IMG/VR virus record: IMGVR_UViG_3300042922_001062
Coordinates: 15,478-79,477 of that record
DNA: 64,000 bases
Origin: a virus
Reading direction: 5' to 3' (one strand)
Shown: positions 54,119 to 64,000 of the stretch, one piece after another
Layout: each line of letters opens with the position of its first letter
Numbering within the stretch: the stretch's first letter is position 1
Notes under the pieces: model-generated
What the model was told of the DNA's origin: nothing
The model's input: only the letters and a program-made list of their open reading frames with translations
Database searches by the model: none
Translations under genes and position numbers: made by a program

Positions 54119-55288
54119 ATGTTCGTCTCTTTCGCCCAGAATAAAGAAGACGTGATGCTCTGGCGAGCTCTAAAAGATGTTGAGCTTGGGTTCTACATCG
54201 ATATCGGGGCCGCCTGGCCACAGTTTCACAGTGTGACGAAGGCGTTCTACGATCGAGGCTGGAGCGGCATAAATATTGAGCCAAATCCAGCTCTACTGAG
54301 CCAGCTCAACCAGCACCGGGTGCGCGACCGCAACCTGGGGGTCGCAGTCGGCGATGCGCCAGGCGAAGTCACAATCAACATCATGAGCAACGAAGGCCTC
54401 TCAACAGTCGTTGACTCCATCGCTGAAGAGCACCACGCAAAAGGCTTCCAGTCCAGCGGCGTCCTTGTGCCCATGGCCACGCTGGAATCGATATGCAGCG
54501 ACTACGTGCCTCCCGGCCAAGACATTCATTTTCTGAAGATCGATGTAGAAGGTTTGGAAGACGCGGTGCTGCGTGGCGGAGACTGGACACGCTTTCGACC
54601 TTGGGTCGTTGTGATCGAGGCGATGGAGCCCATGGTCCAGGTTGAAAGCCACGAAGAATGGGAAATATTCATTCTCGATGCGGGTTACAGGTTCGTCTAT
54701 ACGGATGGATTGAACCGTTTCTACGTTGCAAATGAGCGGGAGAGCTTAGTTCCCCGGTTTAAGTACCCACCAAATATATTTGATGAGTTCATGACGGTCG
54801 ACATGCAGAGCGCATTACTGTCGGCCGCGGAGCTAGGGCAAAGGGCAGAGCTTGAAAGCCGACGTGCTGCGGAGCTGGAACACAGGGTGGAGCTCGAACG
54901 CCAACGTGCCGACCGTCTGAGCGAGCTCGAAGCTGTGCTCGAGGCCGAGCGCCAGCGGAAGAGCGAACTAGAGGGTCAGCTCTTTGCCGCGCATCAGGCG
55001 AGCGAAGAGCTGTCGGGACAACTCCAGACCGCGCGCCGGATGGCAGAGCAATTGGATGTGTTGCAGTCCTATCTGCGACAAAAGGGCTGGGCGGAACGTT
55101 GTCTCTTCAGATGGGATGGGCGTCCCCATCGCCTCGTTCAGCGGCTACTCTTTCATACTGACGGCAGATGCAGGGCGGTGTCGAAAAGTATCGTTCTCGA
55201 TAGCAAGGGGCAGCCCCGTCGCCCGTTCCAGCGGTGGTTGACCAGCGAGGCATACCAGGCGCTTCCAAAGGCGATTAAACTCGATTAA
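54119..55288 (+). CDS. FkbM-family methyltransferase with a coiled coil and basic C-terminal domain
   Basis: SFAQNKED, YIDIGA, GINIEP, FLKIDVEG, DGLNRFYV. Confidence 0.9.
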   Translation: MFVSFAQNKEDVMLWRALKDVELGFYIDIGAAWPQFHSVTKAFYDRGWSGINIEPNPALLSQLNQHRVRDRNLGVAVGDAPGEVTINIMSNEGLSTVVDSIAEEHHAKGFQSSGVLVPMATLESICSDYVPPGQDIHFLKIDVEGLEDAVLRGGDWTRFRPWVVVIEAMEPMVQVESHEEWEIFILDAGYRFVYTDGLNRFYVANERESLVPRFKYPPNIFDEFMTVDMQSALLSAAELGQRAELESRRAAELEHRVELERQRADRLSELEAVLEAERQRKSELEGQLFAAHQASEELSGQLQTARRMAEQLDVLQSYLRQKGWAERCLFRWDGRPHRLVQRLLFHTDGRCRAVSKSIVLDSKGQPRRPFQRWLTSEAYQALPKAIKLD

Positions 55289-55433
55289 AGTGCGACCTAA
55301 AGAGTTGTAGAAGTTCTATCTCCATGCCATCGCAAGTAGTTGATGTAAGTGCTTTCGATGGGGAACAGATTACAATCGACCCTTCGGCCGCAATCTGGCG
55401 GATTGCAAAGATCTCGGAGAAGATGTTTCAGCA

Positions 55434-55925
55434 ATGACAAAGCTTGAGCTTTTGGCCAGTAGCGCGACCGATGATGTCGGCTTTAGTAAAACTCAGGCCG
55501 AGATTATTGAGGCGCTCCGCTCCGAGAACATCGAGTTACTAGAGCGTCACCGGCTTGAGATTCGCAGGCTCGAGATCGCGTCGTATCAAGCGGAACTGCG
55601 GCTTGCCGCCCATCTGCGGCACGCGTCTCAGCAGCTCAACGAAGCTACGGCGCGACTGTCGATTCTAATCGCGGCTGAGGAAGCCAGGGCTATGATACCG
55701 CAGGTAATGACTTATGGAGAGCGGGGAGCCATAGGAAAATTGCTCTTTCGGAGGAATGGAAAGCCGCACAAGCCCCTGAGAGTGCTGCTTTTTTCTCGCT
55801 CGGGTCGCCCGCGGAAATTCTCGCGCTTTCTAGTTATCAACAAGAATGGGATGCCCCGGCGTCGGTTCCGGCAGTGGATGTTAAGTCCCGGCTATCAGAG
55901 ACTGCCCGGCGCTGTGCAGTTTTGA
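55434..55925 (+). CDS. Coiled-coil protein sharing the basic C-terminal domain of the FkbM protein
   Basis: LFRRNGKPH..LLF..SGRPR....NGMPRR.F.QW..S..YQ.LP.A aligns with the 54119 C-terminus. Confidence 0.7.
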   Translation: MTKLELLASSATDDVGFSKTQAEIIEALRSENIELLERHRLEIRRLEIASYQAELRLAAHLRHASQQLNEATARLSILIAAEEARAMIPQVMTYGERGAIGKLLFRRNGKPHKPLRVLLFSRSGRPRKFSRFLVINKNGMPRRRFRQWMLSPGYQRLPGAVQF

Positions 55926-55965
55926 TCCTTTTGGCATCGCGTTTTCACGGCGGGGGAGTTGTAAA

Positions 55966-57954
55966 TTGCTCACAGTATCCAATGTTTCGTCGGGCTCCGG
56001 GTTGTTCTATTACAATTCTGTTGATCCTGAAGTGTCCATTATTATACTTAATCTCAATAAACCGGACATGACCGTCGAATGTCTGGAAAGTATATGGGAA
56101 AATACCAGCGGTGCAACTTACGAGGTTATCGTAGTAGATAATGGGAGCAGGAAAGAAGAGTATCTCTCGCTCGTTCGCTACGAGGGCCCGCATACGCTCA
56201 TTCGCTTGGAGGTGAATAGGTTTTTTGGCGAAGGAAACAATATCGGAGCAGAGGCGGCCAAGGGAAAGTATCTTCTGTTCTTGAACAACGATGTAGTGGT
56301 CACGAAGTGGTGGCTTGAACCTCTGATCCACACGATTCGTACGGAGCCGAATGCCGGTTGTTGCGGTCCAAAGTTTGTCTATCCCGATGGTCAACTGCAA
56401 GAGGCTGGTGCCTTGCTAGATCAGGATGGAAATTCAGTCCAGATCGGCAAATTTCAGTCCCCGGATCAGCCTCGATTTAATAAGATGCGAGAAGTTGATT
56501 ACGTTTCAGCTGCGGCAGTGCTGATGCGGAAGGCTGATTTTGAGAGTGTCTTGGGTTTCGATTTTCGGTATGAGCCAGCTTACTACGAAGACTGCGATCT
56601 GTGTCTGAAGATTGCGACCCTCGGAAAAAGCGTATATTTTGTCCCAGAATCTACGGTTATACATTACGAGAACGCCACGACGTCGGACCCGTCTAACGGA
56701 CTTCGGCTTTCCACGATCGTTGATCTAAATCGCCGGAAATTTGTGAAGCGCTGGGCTTCGTTTCTCGAGAGTGGTCGCCACGATGGGCGGCATTTCACAG
56801 GGCGAATCGTTCCGGCGAATGCGCCGAATGGCAGACGAGCGGGCTTCTATACGCCCTACAATATCAATCCCGGTGGTGGGGAGCGCTATCTGCTGGGCGT
56901 CATAGAAGTGTTTTCGCGGCTTGGGTTCGCGCCGACACTGATTGTGCCCGAGCGGTTTTCGCGCATCCGGATATCGTCAGTCCTCAAGAGCCTCAGTCTG
57001 GAGTTGCCGAGCCTGGACATCGTTACCTACGCCGAGGCGGTCAATGGCGAGCCATATGACGTGTTCTTCGCTCTCGGCAACGAAATTTGCCCCAGTTCGC
57101 CTGGGCTCGGGGTTCGCAACATTTATTGCTGCCAAGTTCCGTTCAAGTCGGCCCCCGAGGAGCTTGAGCGGCGCCTGCCGTGGTTAGCTCGATACGATGC
57201 GATCGTGTGCTATTCGGAGTTCGTCGAGGCATTCATTCGCGAGCAGCTTGCAGGCACAGCGTTCGAACGGATGACGGTTGAGGTCCTTTATCCCTCTGTC
57301 GGGCTTGTAAGCGGCGCGTCGGAGGGAGAGCGGGCGGGAATCCTGGCGATCGGGCGCTTCTTCACGGGAGGACACTGCAAGCGGCAGGACATGATGATCG
57401 AGGCCGTCGATGATCTCGTGTCTCGTGGTAATAATGTCGTCCTGCACCTTGTTGGCTCCCTGCCGCCGGAGCCAGAGCATCGGGCTTATCTTGAGGATTG
57501 CCTGAAGCGGGCGGAAGGCCTACCGGTGCAATTCCATGTCGACGCGGCGCCCGAAGAGGTCGAGGACTTGCTGGCCAGCAGCTCGGTCTACTGGCACGGG
57601 GCGGGATTCGGCGTCGATCCTGCTGAGCGGCCCGACCAATGCGAGCATTTTGGCATCAGCGTCGTCGAGGCGATGTCGGCACGGGTGGTCCCGGTCGTTG
57701 TGAATAATGGAGGGCCCGCGTCGATCGTCGAGGACGGAGTTTCCGGTTTCCACTATGGGGACAGAGATCAGTTGGTGTCGTTGACGGAGGCGCTCCTGAA
57801 TGCCGATGCGGTGGAGCTCGATCGGCTCCGGGGGCGCGCTTATGACAGGGCTCAGCACTACTCTTATGCAGCATTCCGTCAACGGTGGACGGCCTTTGCG
57901 GAAGATCTGCTCATGAGGACGCCGGCTGCGGCCGAGGCGGGATCGGCGAGTTGA
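55966..57954 (+). CDS. Bifunctional GT2 + GT4 glycosyltransferase
   Basis: VSIIIL, VVDNGS, FLNNDV, YYEDCDLC (GT2); GGGERY, EHFGISVVEAM (GT4). Confidence 0.92.
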   Translation: MLTVSNVSSGSGLFYYNSVDPEVSIIILNLNKPDMTVECLESIWENTSGATYEVIVVDNGSRKEEYLSLVRYEGPHTLIRLEVNRFFGEGNNIGAEAAKGKYLLFLNNDVVVTKWWLEPLIHTIRTEPNAGCCGPKFVYPDGQLQEAGALLDQDGNSVQIGKFQSPDQPRFNKMREVDYVSAAAVLMRKADFESVLGFDFRYEPAYYEDCDLCLKIATLGKSVYFVPESTVIHYENATTSDPSNGLRLSTIVDLNRRKFVKRWASFLESGRHDGRHFTGRIVPANAPNGRRAGFYTPYNINPGGGERYLLGVIEVFSRLGFAPTLIVPERFSRIRISSVLKSLSLELPSLDIVTYAEAVNGEPYDVFFALGNEICPSSPGLGVRNIYCCQVPFKSAPEELERRLPWLARYDAIVCYSEFVEAFIREQLAGTAFERMTVEVLYPSVGLVSGASEGERAGILAIGRFFTGGHCKRQDMMIEAVDDLVSRGNNVVLHLVGSLPPEPEHRAYLEDCLKRAEGLPVQFHVDAAPEEVEDLLASSSVYWHGAGFGVDPAERPDQCEHFGISVVEAMSARVVPVVVNNGGPASIVEDGVSGFHYGDRDQLVSLTEALLNADAVELDRLRGRAYDRAQHYSYAAFRQRWTAFAEDLLMRTPAAAEAGSAS

Positions 57955-58024
57955 CGAAGCCCATAATCTTGTCGGACTGAGAGGGGGCGGCGTTGTGCAT
58001 GTTCAGAGATAGGGCAAGTATAAA

Positions 58025-58828
58025 TTGGAACTGAGCATCGATCCCGAAACAACGATCTCGTTCGCGTGCAACATTTGTGGCGCCGGCAATTTGCAACGCG
58101 CAGGGGAATTTCACCGTGAGTTTCCCAATTGTCGGCAGTGTGGATCGACGCCGCGCTTCCGGGGGATTGTCCATGCGCTAAGTCTGGGCCTCATGCGACA
58201 ATCGTTGCCGCTAAAGGAATTTCCCACCGATCGCTTCGTGCGGGGGCTCGGCATGAGCGAGTGGGATGGCTATGCTAGCGTCCTGGCTCAAAAGTTCGAT
58301 TTTACCAATACGTTCTTTCATCAAGAGCCACGCCTTGATGTGTTGAGTGATGATTGGAAAAATTACCAGAATCTCGATTTCATCATCTGTACTGAGGTGT
58401 TCGAACACGTATTGCAGCCGCTTGATCTCGGTTTTCGCAATCTGCGCCGAATGCTGAAAAAGGGCGGTGTCTTGGTTTTCTCAGTGCCGTTCACATCGGC
58501 TCCGGAAACAACCGAACACTTTCCCGGCATGGTGAATTTCGCTTTGTGTCAGATGGATGGCCAATGGGTGGTGGTGAGCCGAAAGGCGGACGGTAGCTAC
58601 GAAGTCTACGACCAGAATATTATCTTCCACGGGGGGCCAGGCACTGTGCTGGAAATGCGGATGTTCGGCCAGGATGCACTGCTCCACCAACTGGGAGAGG
58701 CCGGTTTCGAGCCTACGGTGCTGTCACAAGCTCACATGCCGATCGGCTATTTCTGGCCAACAGTCACAGACAGGCCGGAGCTTGGATATCCGGGGCTGCA
58801 CTACATCATTCTGTGCCGCGCAGTCTGA
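58025..58828 (+). CDS. Class I SAM methyltransferase with an N-terminal Zn ribbon
   Basis: CNICG, CRQCGS, DFIICTEVFEHV, LKKGG. Confidence 0.8.
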   Translation: MELSIDPETTISFACNICGAGNLQRAGEFHREFPNCRQCGSTPRFRGIVHALSLGLMRQSLPLKEFPTDRFVRGLGMSEWDGYASVLAQKFDFTNTFFHQEPRLDVLSDDWKNYQNLDFIICTEVFEHVLQPLDLGFRNLRRMLKKGGVLVFSVPFTSAPETTEHFPGMVNFALCQMDGQWVVVSRKADGSYEVYDQNIIFHGGPGTVLEMRMFGQDALLHQLGEAGFEPTVLSQAHMPIGYFWPTVTDRPELGYPGLHYIILCRAV

Positions 58829-58840
58829 CCTCCAACCGCA

Positions 58841-59851
58841 TCAGATCTTGCGCGCAACCCATCCGAGGCCAAGATATCCCGAGCTGTCGGGAACCGGCTG
58901 GACGGAAAACCCGGTCCGATCAAGGATTTCCCTGAAGAAGTCTTCGGAGAACCCGAGCTCGAGCCACTTGTTGCACGTTATGGCCCACACTGCCTCGCCG
59001 TCGTAACGCAAGCCCCACGGGAAGGTGAAGCCGTTCGAGACGGGCTCTGCGAAGAAGCAGATGCAGCCATTGTCCGTCAGAACGTGCTTATGGATCAGCC
59101 GGAGGAGCTCTTGAAACTCCAGGCAGTGATGGAAACTAGATGAGAAAAGGGCAACGTCATATCGGCGATCGACATTGCGCGCGGCTTCGAGGAATTCGGC
59201 GTTTACCGTTTTGATCCCCACCGACAGGGCCGCCGCTTCGCGCTCAATCCGCTGAAGAAAAGCGAGGTCGATGTCGACGGCGGTGACGTCGAGTCCCGCC
59301 CGCGCGAGGGGGATAGCCGAGTTGCCCCAACCTGCGCCAAACTCGATAACGCTTGTCGCGCCAGGGCAATGTTCGGCAATGACGCGGAATCCCTGAAGCG
59401 CTTTCCCGAGCTCGGAAGCGACGACGCCGAGATTCTTCGACGTCCAAGGATAGCCAACGGCAAAATCTTCGGCCTTCAGATGGGTGGATGTCAGCTCGTT
59501 CTGGACGTTGTAATCGGACTGCACAAGCATCTCATAGAGAGCAAGGACCTCAGCGCGATATGAAGCCGAGAAGGGATCCTGCTCGTTCATCCGATATGGA
59601 AATACGCTGGTGCGCCATAACTCCCGTAGTTCGTCGAAGGTCTTCGCTGCGGTGAGCTTCTGTCGATAAGCGGCTGCCTCCGCGGCAAACTCCCGGGGGC
59701 CGTGTAGGGCTGGCGCACTGCTGGCAGCTACGGTTGTTTCGATGATGTCGGGCTCAACTGCCTCGACCACCGCGGGCTTTTGGGGTTGTGCTGGCGCATC
59801 GGCGAGCGGGGTGACGTTTCGTGCTTTCTGTCGCTTGAGCCAGCGGAGCAT
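58841..59851 (-). CDS. Class I SAM methyltransferase
   Basis: VIEFGAGWG, VTAVDID, YDVALF.SSFHH. Confidence 0.85.
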   Translation of the reverse strand: MLRWLKRQKARNVTPLADAPAQPQKPAVVEAVEPDIIETTVAASSAPALHGPREFAAEAAAYRQKLTAAKTFDELRELWRTSVFPYRMNEQDPFSASYRAEVLALYEMLVQSDYNVQNELTSTHLKAEDFAVGYPWTSKNLGVVASELGKALQGFRVIAEHCPGATSVIEFGAGWGNSAIPLARAGLDVTAVDIDLAFLQRIEREAAALSVGIKTVNAEFLEAARNVDRRYDVALFSSSFHHCLEFQELLRLIHKHVLTDNGCICFFAEPVSNGFTFPWGLRYDGEAVWAITCNKWLELGFSEDFFREILDRTGFSVQPVPDSSGYLGLGWVARKI

Positions 59852-60076
59852 TACAAATCCAGTCAGCGTCGGTGTCTAACGGAGCACAGCATGGTGGGCC
59901 GCTAGAGGTCAATGAGGATTACTCAAAGGGAGCCCTAAATCGGCCATTAAGCCAATGCCGCGCATTGGGTTGCGCTTAGCGGGTGTTAATGCGTCAACTG
60001 GGAGGGGTTCGCGGGCAAGGGGCGGGATTTTGGCTCTCTTGTTGAATGCGCGTTTCGGCATGACGGGGTAGGGATT

Positions 60077-60853
60077 TTGTCTAAGAGATTGTTTCTGGTT
60101 CACATACCCAAAACAGCCGGCACGACGGTGAATGATGTCCTCTCGGAGCAAGTGGCGTCGCGCATCCATATTGAAGGTGTGCCGGCCCTGATGGCGGACT
60201 TGTCTGCTGACATCCCGGAGAGGTTCGTGTCAGGCCACCTGTCTGTGCCGCAAGCCCTGGGCCTTCTGGACCGAAGCAACTGGTTTGTATTTACGTTTCT
60301 GAGAGATCCGGTTGAGCAGCTGATATCCTACCTCAAGTGGATGCAACATAGTGCGAAGTTCGATATTCTGCAAACATTTCCAGATGATCAGAAAGATGTC
60401 TGCAATTTTCTTTTAGAAACCAACCTAAGTGATGTTGGTAGACTTAATGAGATGATGTCGACGCTACCTGCGGCGAGGTATCTTTTTGACAATTGTCAGG
60501 TGCGGTACCTCTCCGGCCATCTGACGGACGATGCATGGGTAGATCGACAGCATCTATACCGGGCCTACGATATGGTTCAGGAGCTTGATCTCGTCGGCTT
60601 CACCGAGAACCTCGATGATGGGCTTGCCAAGCTCGTGCGCGCGTCCGGACTTCCGTTGACCATCAAGTCTCGTCGCTCGAATCCGGGCCCGCCGACAGCT
60701 CGACCCGATTTCAGCCGGCCAGAGGTGCGTGACTTCTACAGGTCGCTCGTAGCGCTCGACTTGGAGCTCTTGGGGGCCATCAAGAGTTGGTCGCGGCGTG
60801 CGCTCTTTCACCTTCGGCGGTTCCGTGATGAACGACGCGTAACAGCGCAATAG
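60077..60853 (+). CDS. Sulfotransferase family 2 protein
   Basis: FLVHIPKTAGTT, FTFLRDPVEQLIS. Confidence 0.85.
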   Translation: MSKRLFLVHIPKTAGTTVNDVLSEQVASRIHIEGVPALMADLSADIPERFVSGHLSVPQALGLLDRSNWFVFTFLRDPVEQLISYLKWMQHSAKFDILQTFPDDQKDVCNFLLETNLSDVGRLNEMMSTLPAARYLFDNCQVRYLSGHLTDDAWVDRQHLYRAYDMVQELDLVGFTENLDDGLAKLVRASGLPLTIKSRRSNPGPPTARPDFSRPEVRDFYRSLVALDLELLGAIKSWSRRALFHLRRFRDERRVTAQ

Positions 60854-61110
60854 CCACCGGCTGCCGCTCGGTGAGCATCGGGCTGACATGATCAAACCCG
60901 GGCTCATGGAGGCCGACACCAGCGGGCGTGAGAGCCGCAGACCGAAGAGTGGAAGCGGATGAAGACCATCGGGCTTGGCTTCGCCGGGCTACTGGCGCTG
61001 GGCGGCATCTCCTTAGGCGCCATGCTGGCCTATGCCAGCGACACCGCGGTAAATGCTGTACGACATTGGCTGCGGATCGGCGGGTGACGGCTGGCAGCGC
61101 AAGGGAGGCG

Positions 61111-62700
61111 CTAGCGGTCTCGTCTTCGATTCTCTCTCATCTTGAGCGCCTTTATGATGCTGCTAGTAAGCGCATGCTCGGGAAACGGCTTGGACAGCCT
61201 GACAAACGGCACGGATCCAGTCTCCCGCAGTTCGGCATATCCGGTGGCGATGATGGAAGCCATGTCAGGCCATAGCCTGTCGACCTCCTCGATGAGCTGA
61301 AGGCCCGTCATCCCCGGCATTGCTTGATCAGTGATGAGCAGGTCGAACTCCTCTCCTCTGAGGGCATGAAGAGCATGAGCCGCCGAGGTGACTTCGGTGA
61401 CGTCGTGACCAAGCTCCCTCAGCATTTCGGCCGTGCTAAGAAGCACCAACGGATCATCATCCACCGCGATGATCCTCAGGCGTTCAGTTGCAGCTGGAGG
61501 CTCCAGTGCGGGTACAACTGATGCGCGCTTCGCCTCCGCTATCGCCATCGGCAGCCAGATCTCTGCCGTAGTGCCGACGTCGGCGCTGCTTTTCAAAAGG
61601 AGCTTTCCGCCTGACTGAGCTGCGAAGCCATGGACCATGGCCAGCCCAAGACCGGTGCCCTTGCCCACGCCCTTGGTGGTGAAAAACGGCTCAGCAGCTC
61701 GGGACAAGGTCGCTTCGTCCATCCCCGTACCGGTGTCTGAGACTGATACGCACACGTAGGTGCCGGCGGTGAGTTCAGTGAGATCATCAACCCGGGTCGA
61801 TGTCCCTACCATTCCGGCGCGCGCTGCGATCGTGATGTTGCCGCCGGTAGGCATGGCATCGCGCGCATTCACCACGAGATTGACCAGCGCCAGCTCAAGC
61901 TGGTTCGCATCTATGTAGGCCTTCGGAAGTCCGATGGAGAAACGCGTCTCCATGTGGATGCTGGGGCCAATCGAGCGCTGCAGCAAATCAGTCATTCCAA
62001 GGACCAATTCGGGGATGTCAACGGCCGTCGCCTTCAGCTCCTGCCGCCGGGCGAACGCTAGCATGCGTTGGGTTAGCGAGGCGCCCCGCTGGGTGGCCTG
62101 AATGGCGTTATCTAATAGCTCGACACCGGTCAGCCGTGGTGGCAGGCGCTTTCGGAACAATTCGAGGCTGCTCTGCACGACCATCAACAAGTTATTGAAG
62201 TCATGCGCGATTCCCCCCGTCAGCTGGCCGATCGCCTCCATCTTCTGCGACTGTAGGAGACGCTCTCGGGTCTCCTCCAGCGCCTTCTGGGCAGCCCGTA
62301 ACTCAGTCACGTCACGAGTGATCTTTGCGTAGCCTACCAACTCGCCATCGGGAGCGAAGATGGGGTCGATCACCACGTGTGCCCAAAAGCGGTCGCCACC
62401 CTTGCGCACACGCCAGCCTTCGGCCTCGAACTTTCCCGTTGTCGCACTCAGATGAAGAGCGCGCGCCGGCAGTCCAACGCTCCGATCTTCCTCGGTGTAG
62501 AAGCGCGAGAAATGCTGGCCAAGAATTTCTTGCTCGGTGTAGCCTTTCAAGCGCTGAGCACCAGCATTCCAGCTCGCAATACGACCATCCGTGTCAAGCA
62601 TATAGATGGCGTAGTCAGTGATCGCGTCGACCAGCAGCCGGAATCGTCCGTCCTCTGTCAAGGCCGCATGAAGTCGTTCACTTTGATCCATACTGTGCAT
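61111..62700 (-). CDS. PAS hybrid sensor histidine kinase with receiver domain
   Basis: PAS (DYAIYMLD..G.IASWN), H-box AHDFNNLL, N/G/F boxes, receiver VDDD...LITD..MPG. Confidence 0.93.
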   Translation of the reverse strand: MHSMDQSERLHAALTEDGRFRLLVDAITDYAIYMLDTDGRIASWNAGAQRLKGYTEQEILGQHFSRFYTEEDRSVGLPARALHLSATTGKFEAEGWRVRKGGDRFWAHVVIDPIFAPDGELVGYAKITRDVTELRAAQKALEETRERLLQSQKMEAIGQLTGGIAHDFNNLLMVVQSSLELFRKRLPPRLTGVELLDNAIQATQRGASLTQRMLAFARRQELKATAVDIPELVLGMTDLLQRSIGPSIHMETRFSIGLPKAYIDANQLELALVNLVVNARDAMPTGGNITIAARAGMVGTSTRVDDLTELTAGTYVCVSVSDTGTGMDEATLSRAAEPFFTTKGVGKGTGLGLAMVHGFAAQSGGKLLLKSSADVGTTAEIWLPMAIAEAKRASVVPALEPPAATERLRIIAVDDDPLVLLSTAEMLRELGHDVTEVTSAAHALHALRGEEFDLLITDQAMPGMTGLQLIEEVDRLWPDMASIIATGYAELRETGSVPFVRLSKPFPEHALTSSIIKALKMRENRRRDR

Positions 62701-62894
62701 TTCATACCCGCCAATGGCGACATTTAGAGGGCCGCGTCATACATCTACAGACATGGCGTGGATTTCTTCCTCAGCCTAGGCGCTCACGAACCGTTTGCCT
62801 GCGTCCGCGGACTTTTTGTATCGGCGTGAGGCAACCTCTTCACCGAAGGAACGTTGGCTCACGACATCGTCGAGGTAACCGACCCGAGGAGCCT

Positions 62895-63140
62895 GTGCCA
62901 AAGTATGTCTTTCGATGGTCCGACCGGCCATTTGTGACCGAGGCCAATCATCCAGACGACAATGGCGCCTGGTCGGAGGCCGTGTCGACGATCGGCCATC
63001 TCCTGCGGGATGTAGACGGTGGATTATCACCTCGTGGGCTGCTCACGCTCGATGTGTATGACGAAGACGGGGCGCTCGTTGCTTCCATCTCGGTAGATGC
63101 TGTGCGCCGGACCGGCCCAAATGGAATGAGGCCGGGCTGA
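62895..63140 (+). CDS. Small DUF6894-like protein
   Basis: PKYVF, AWSEA, LDVYDEDG; GAGGAG RBS. Confidence 0.55.
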   Translation: MPKYVFRWSDRPFVTEANHPDDNGAWSEAVSTIGHLLRDVDGGLSPRGLLTLDVYDEDGALVASISVDAVRRTGPNGMRPG

Positions 63141-63262
63141 GTAGACGATCTTCGAGGCAAGCGAGAAGCCTGTAGAGCGGCTCCGTAAAGCACGTCCAAT
63201 GAACGGCAACGGGAGAGCACGCGAGGCGTCGACCTCCCGTGCTCTCCCTGGTCCTCACTTGA

Positions 63263-63760
63263 TCACGCGGCCTTCTTCGCCTTGATGTTGGCAACCTGAT
63301 CGGCGAGCTTGGTCAGCGTCTCGTCGGTCAGGGTCTCTTCCTTGAGCGTGGCATCGAACAGCAGTGCGGCATCCTTCATGCCGAGCACTTGGGCCCAGCG
63401 CTTCAGCGTGCCGTAGCGGCTGATCTCGTAATGTTCGACGGCCTGCGCGGCGGCGGCGAGCCCGGCGTCGAGGGCCGGCTGGCCCTTGAATTCCTCGAGG
63501 ATCTCCTCGCCTTCCTCGATGATGCCGTCGATGGCCGGGCAGGTCTTGCCCTGCGCCCGCTTGCCGATCATCTCGAACACCTGCTGCAGGCGCTCTATCT
63601 GGCCCTCGGTCTCGTCGCGGTGCTTCTCGAAAGCCGCCTTGAGTTCGGGTGACTGCGCCCCGCGCGCCATCTTAGGCAGTGCCTTAACGATCTTGCGCTC
63701 TGCGTAGTAGATGTCTTTCAGCGTGTCGTGAAAAAGTGTCTCAAGCGTTTTCTCAGCCAT
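63263..63760 (-). CDS. yciF: Ferritin-like DUF892 protein
   Basis: LKDIYYAE, H..ETEGQIERL, AQAVEHYEISRYGTL. Confidence 0.9.
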   Translation of the reverse strand: MAEKTLETLFHDTLKDIYYAERKIVKALPKMARGAQSPELKAAFEKHRDETEGQIERLQQVFEMIGKRAQGKTCPAIDGIIEEGEEILEEFKGQPALDAGLAAAAQAVEHYEISRYGTLKRWAQVLGMKDAALLFDATLKEETLTDETLTKLADQVANIKAKKAA

Positions 63761-63793
63761 GTTCGTCTCCCGCGGAACTGAAACTCGAAGGGC

Positions 63794-63818
63794 AACGAAA
63801 CGGGAGCTGTTACGTTCC
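63794..63818 (-). promoter_or_regulatory. EcfG/sigmaT-type promoter
   Basis: Exact GGAAC-N16-CGTT upstream of yciF. Confidence 0.8.
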
Positions 63819-64000
63819 GAACACAGCCTGACCCACAATCTTGGGGCAGCCCTTTATTGAATTCCGCCTCTGGCGGCACGGAGAGGTTGATCCGCGGCAC
63901 TCCCCATCACCTTAGTGTGACAACCCCGTTTAACCGAGGTGGCCGACTCTCCTCGGCATCGCGGTGCCGACTCCGCCGCCCGCGCGTCGACATCATCTCC

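Noticed and set aside
60854-64000. Prophage attR or tRNA integration site
   Set aside because: No tRNA recognised, and the matching attL would lie outside the window, so no boundary can be supported

Overview
The window is mostly a GC-rich, alphaproteobacterial-type long-tailed (HK97-fold) prophage whose left end lies upstream of base 1. Gene order: beta-clamp-like and full-length DnaA-like genes, MT-A70 methylase, SNF2 helicase, replication initiator, stress morons, HNH, a putative cos region, terS, terL, a protease-capsid fusion, portal, head-tail joining genes with three embedded glycan-modifying enzymes, tail (with a -1 frameshift chaperone), fibre and lysis genes. A surface-glycan modification cluster and stress/signalling genes follow, and the prophage's right boundary is not visible. 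The main discovery is a 15,762-bp integrative element sitting inside the prophage's major capsid gene, bounded by an exact 18-bp direct repeat (ATTCCTCCGCCCGATGAC at 15959-15976 and 31721-31738). Precise excision would rejoin a 657-codon protease-capsid ORF in frame. This helper-embedded satellite has a tyrosine integrase, arm-type repeats, IHF sites and a terminator just inside attL. It carries a near-exact copy of the helper's putative cos region plus a second diverged copy, its own capsid paralogue, a paralogue of a helper head-accessory domain, and a tail fibre with the helper's N-terminal anchor but a different tip. It also has a C4/CI-type antisense RNA switch, four TTGGCG-loop hairpins and defence-like cargo. 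It has no recognisable primase, terminase or portal. Several morons carry EcfG/sigmaT-type GGAAC-N16-(C/G)GTT promoters. All calls come from reading the sequence and manual alignment; no database searches were run.
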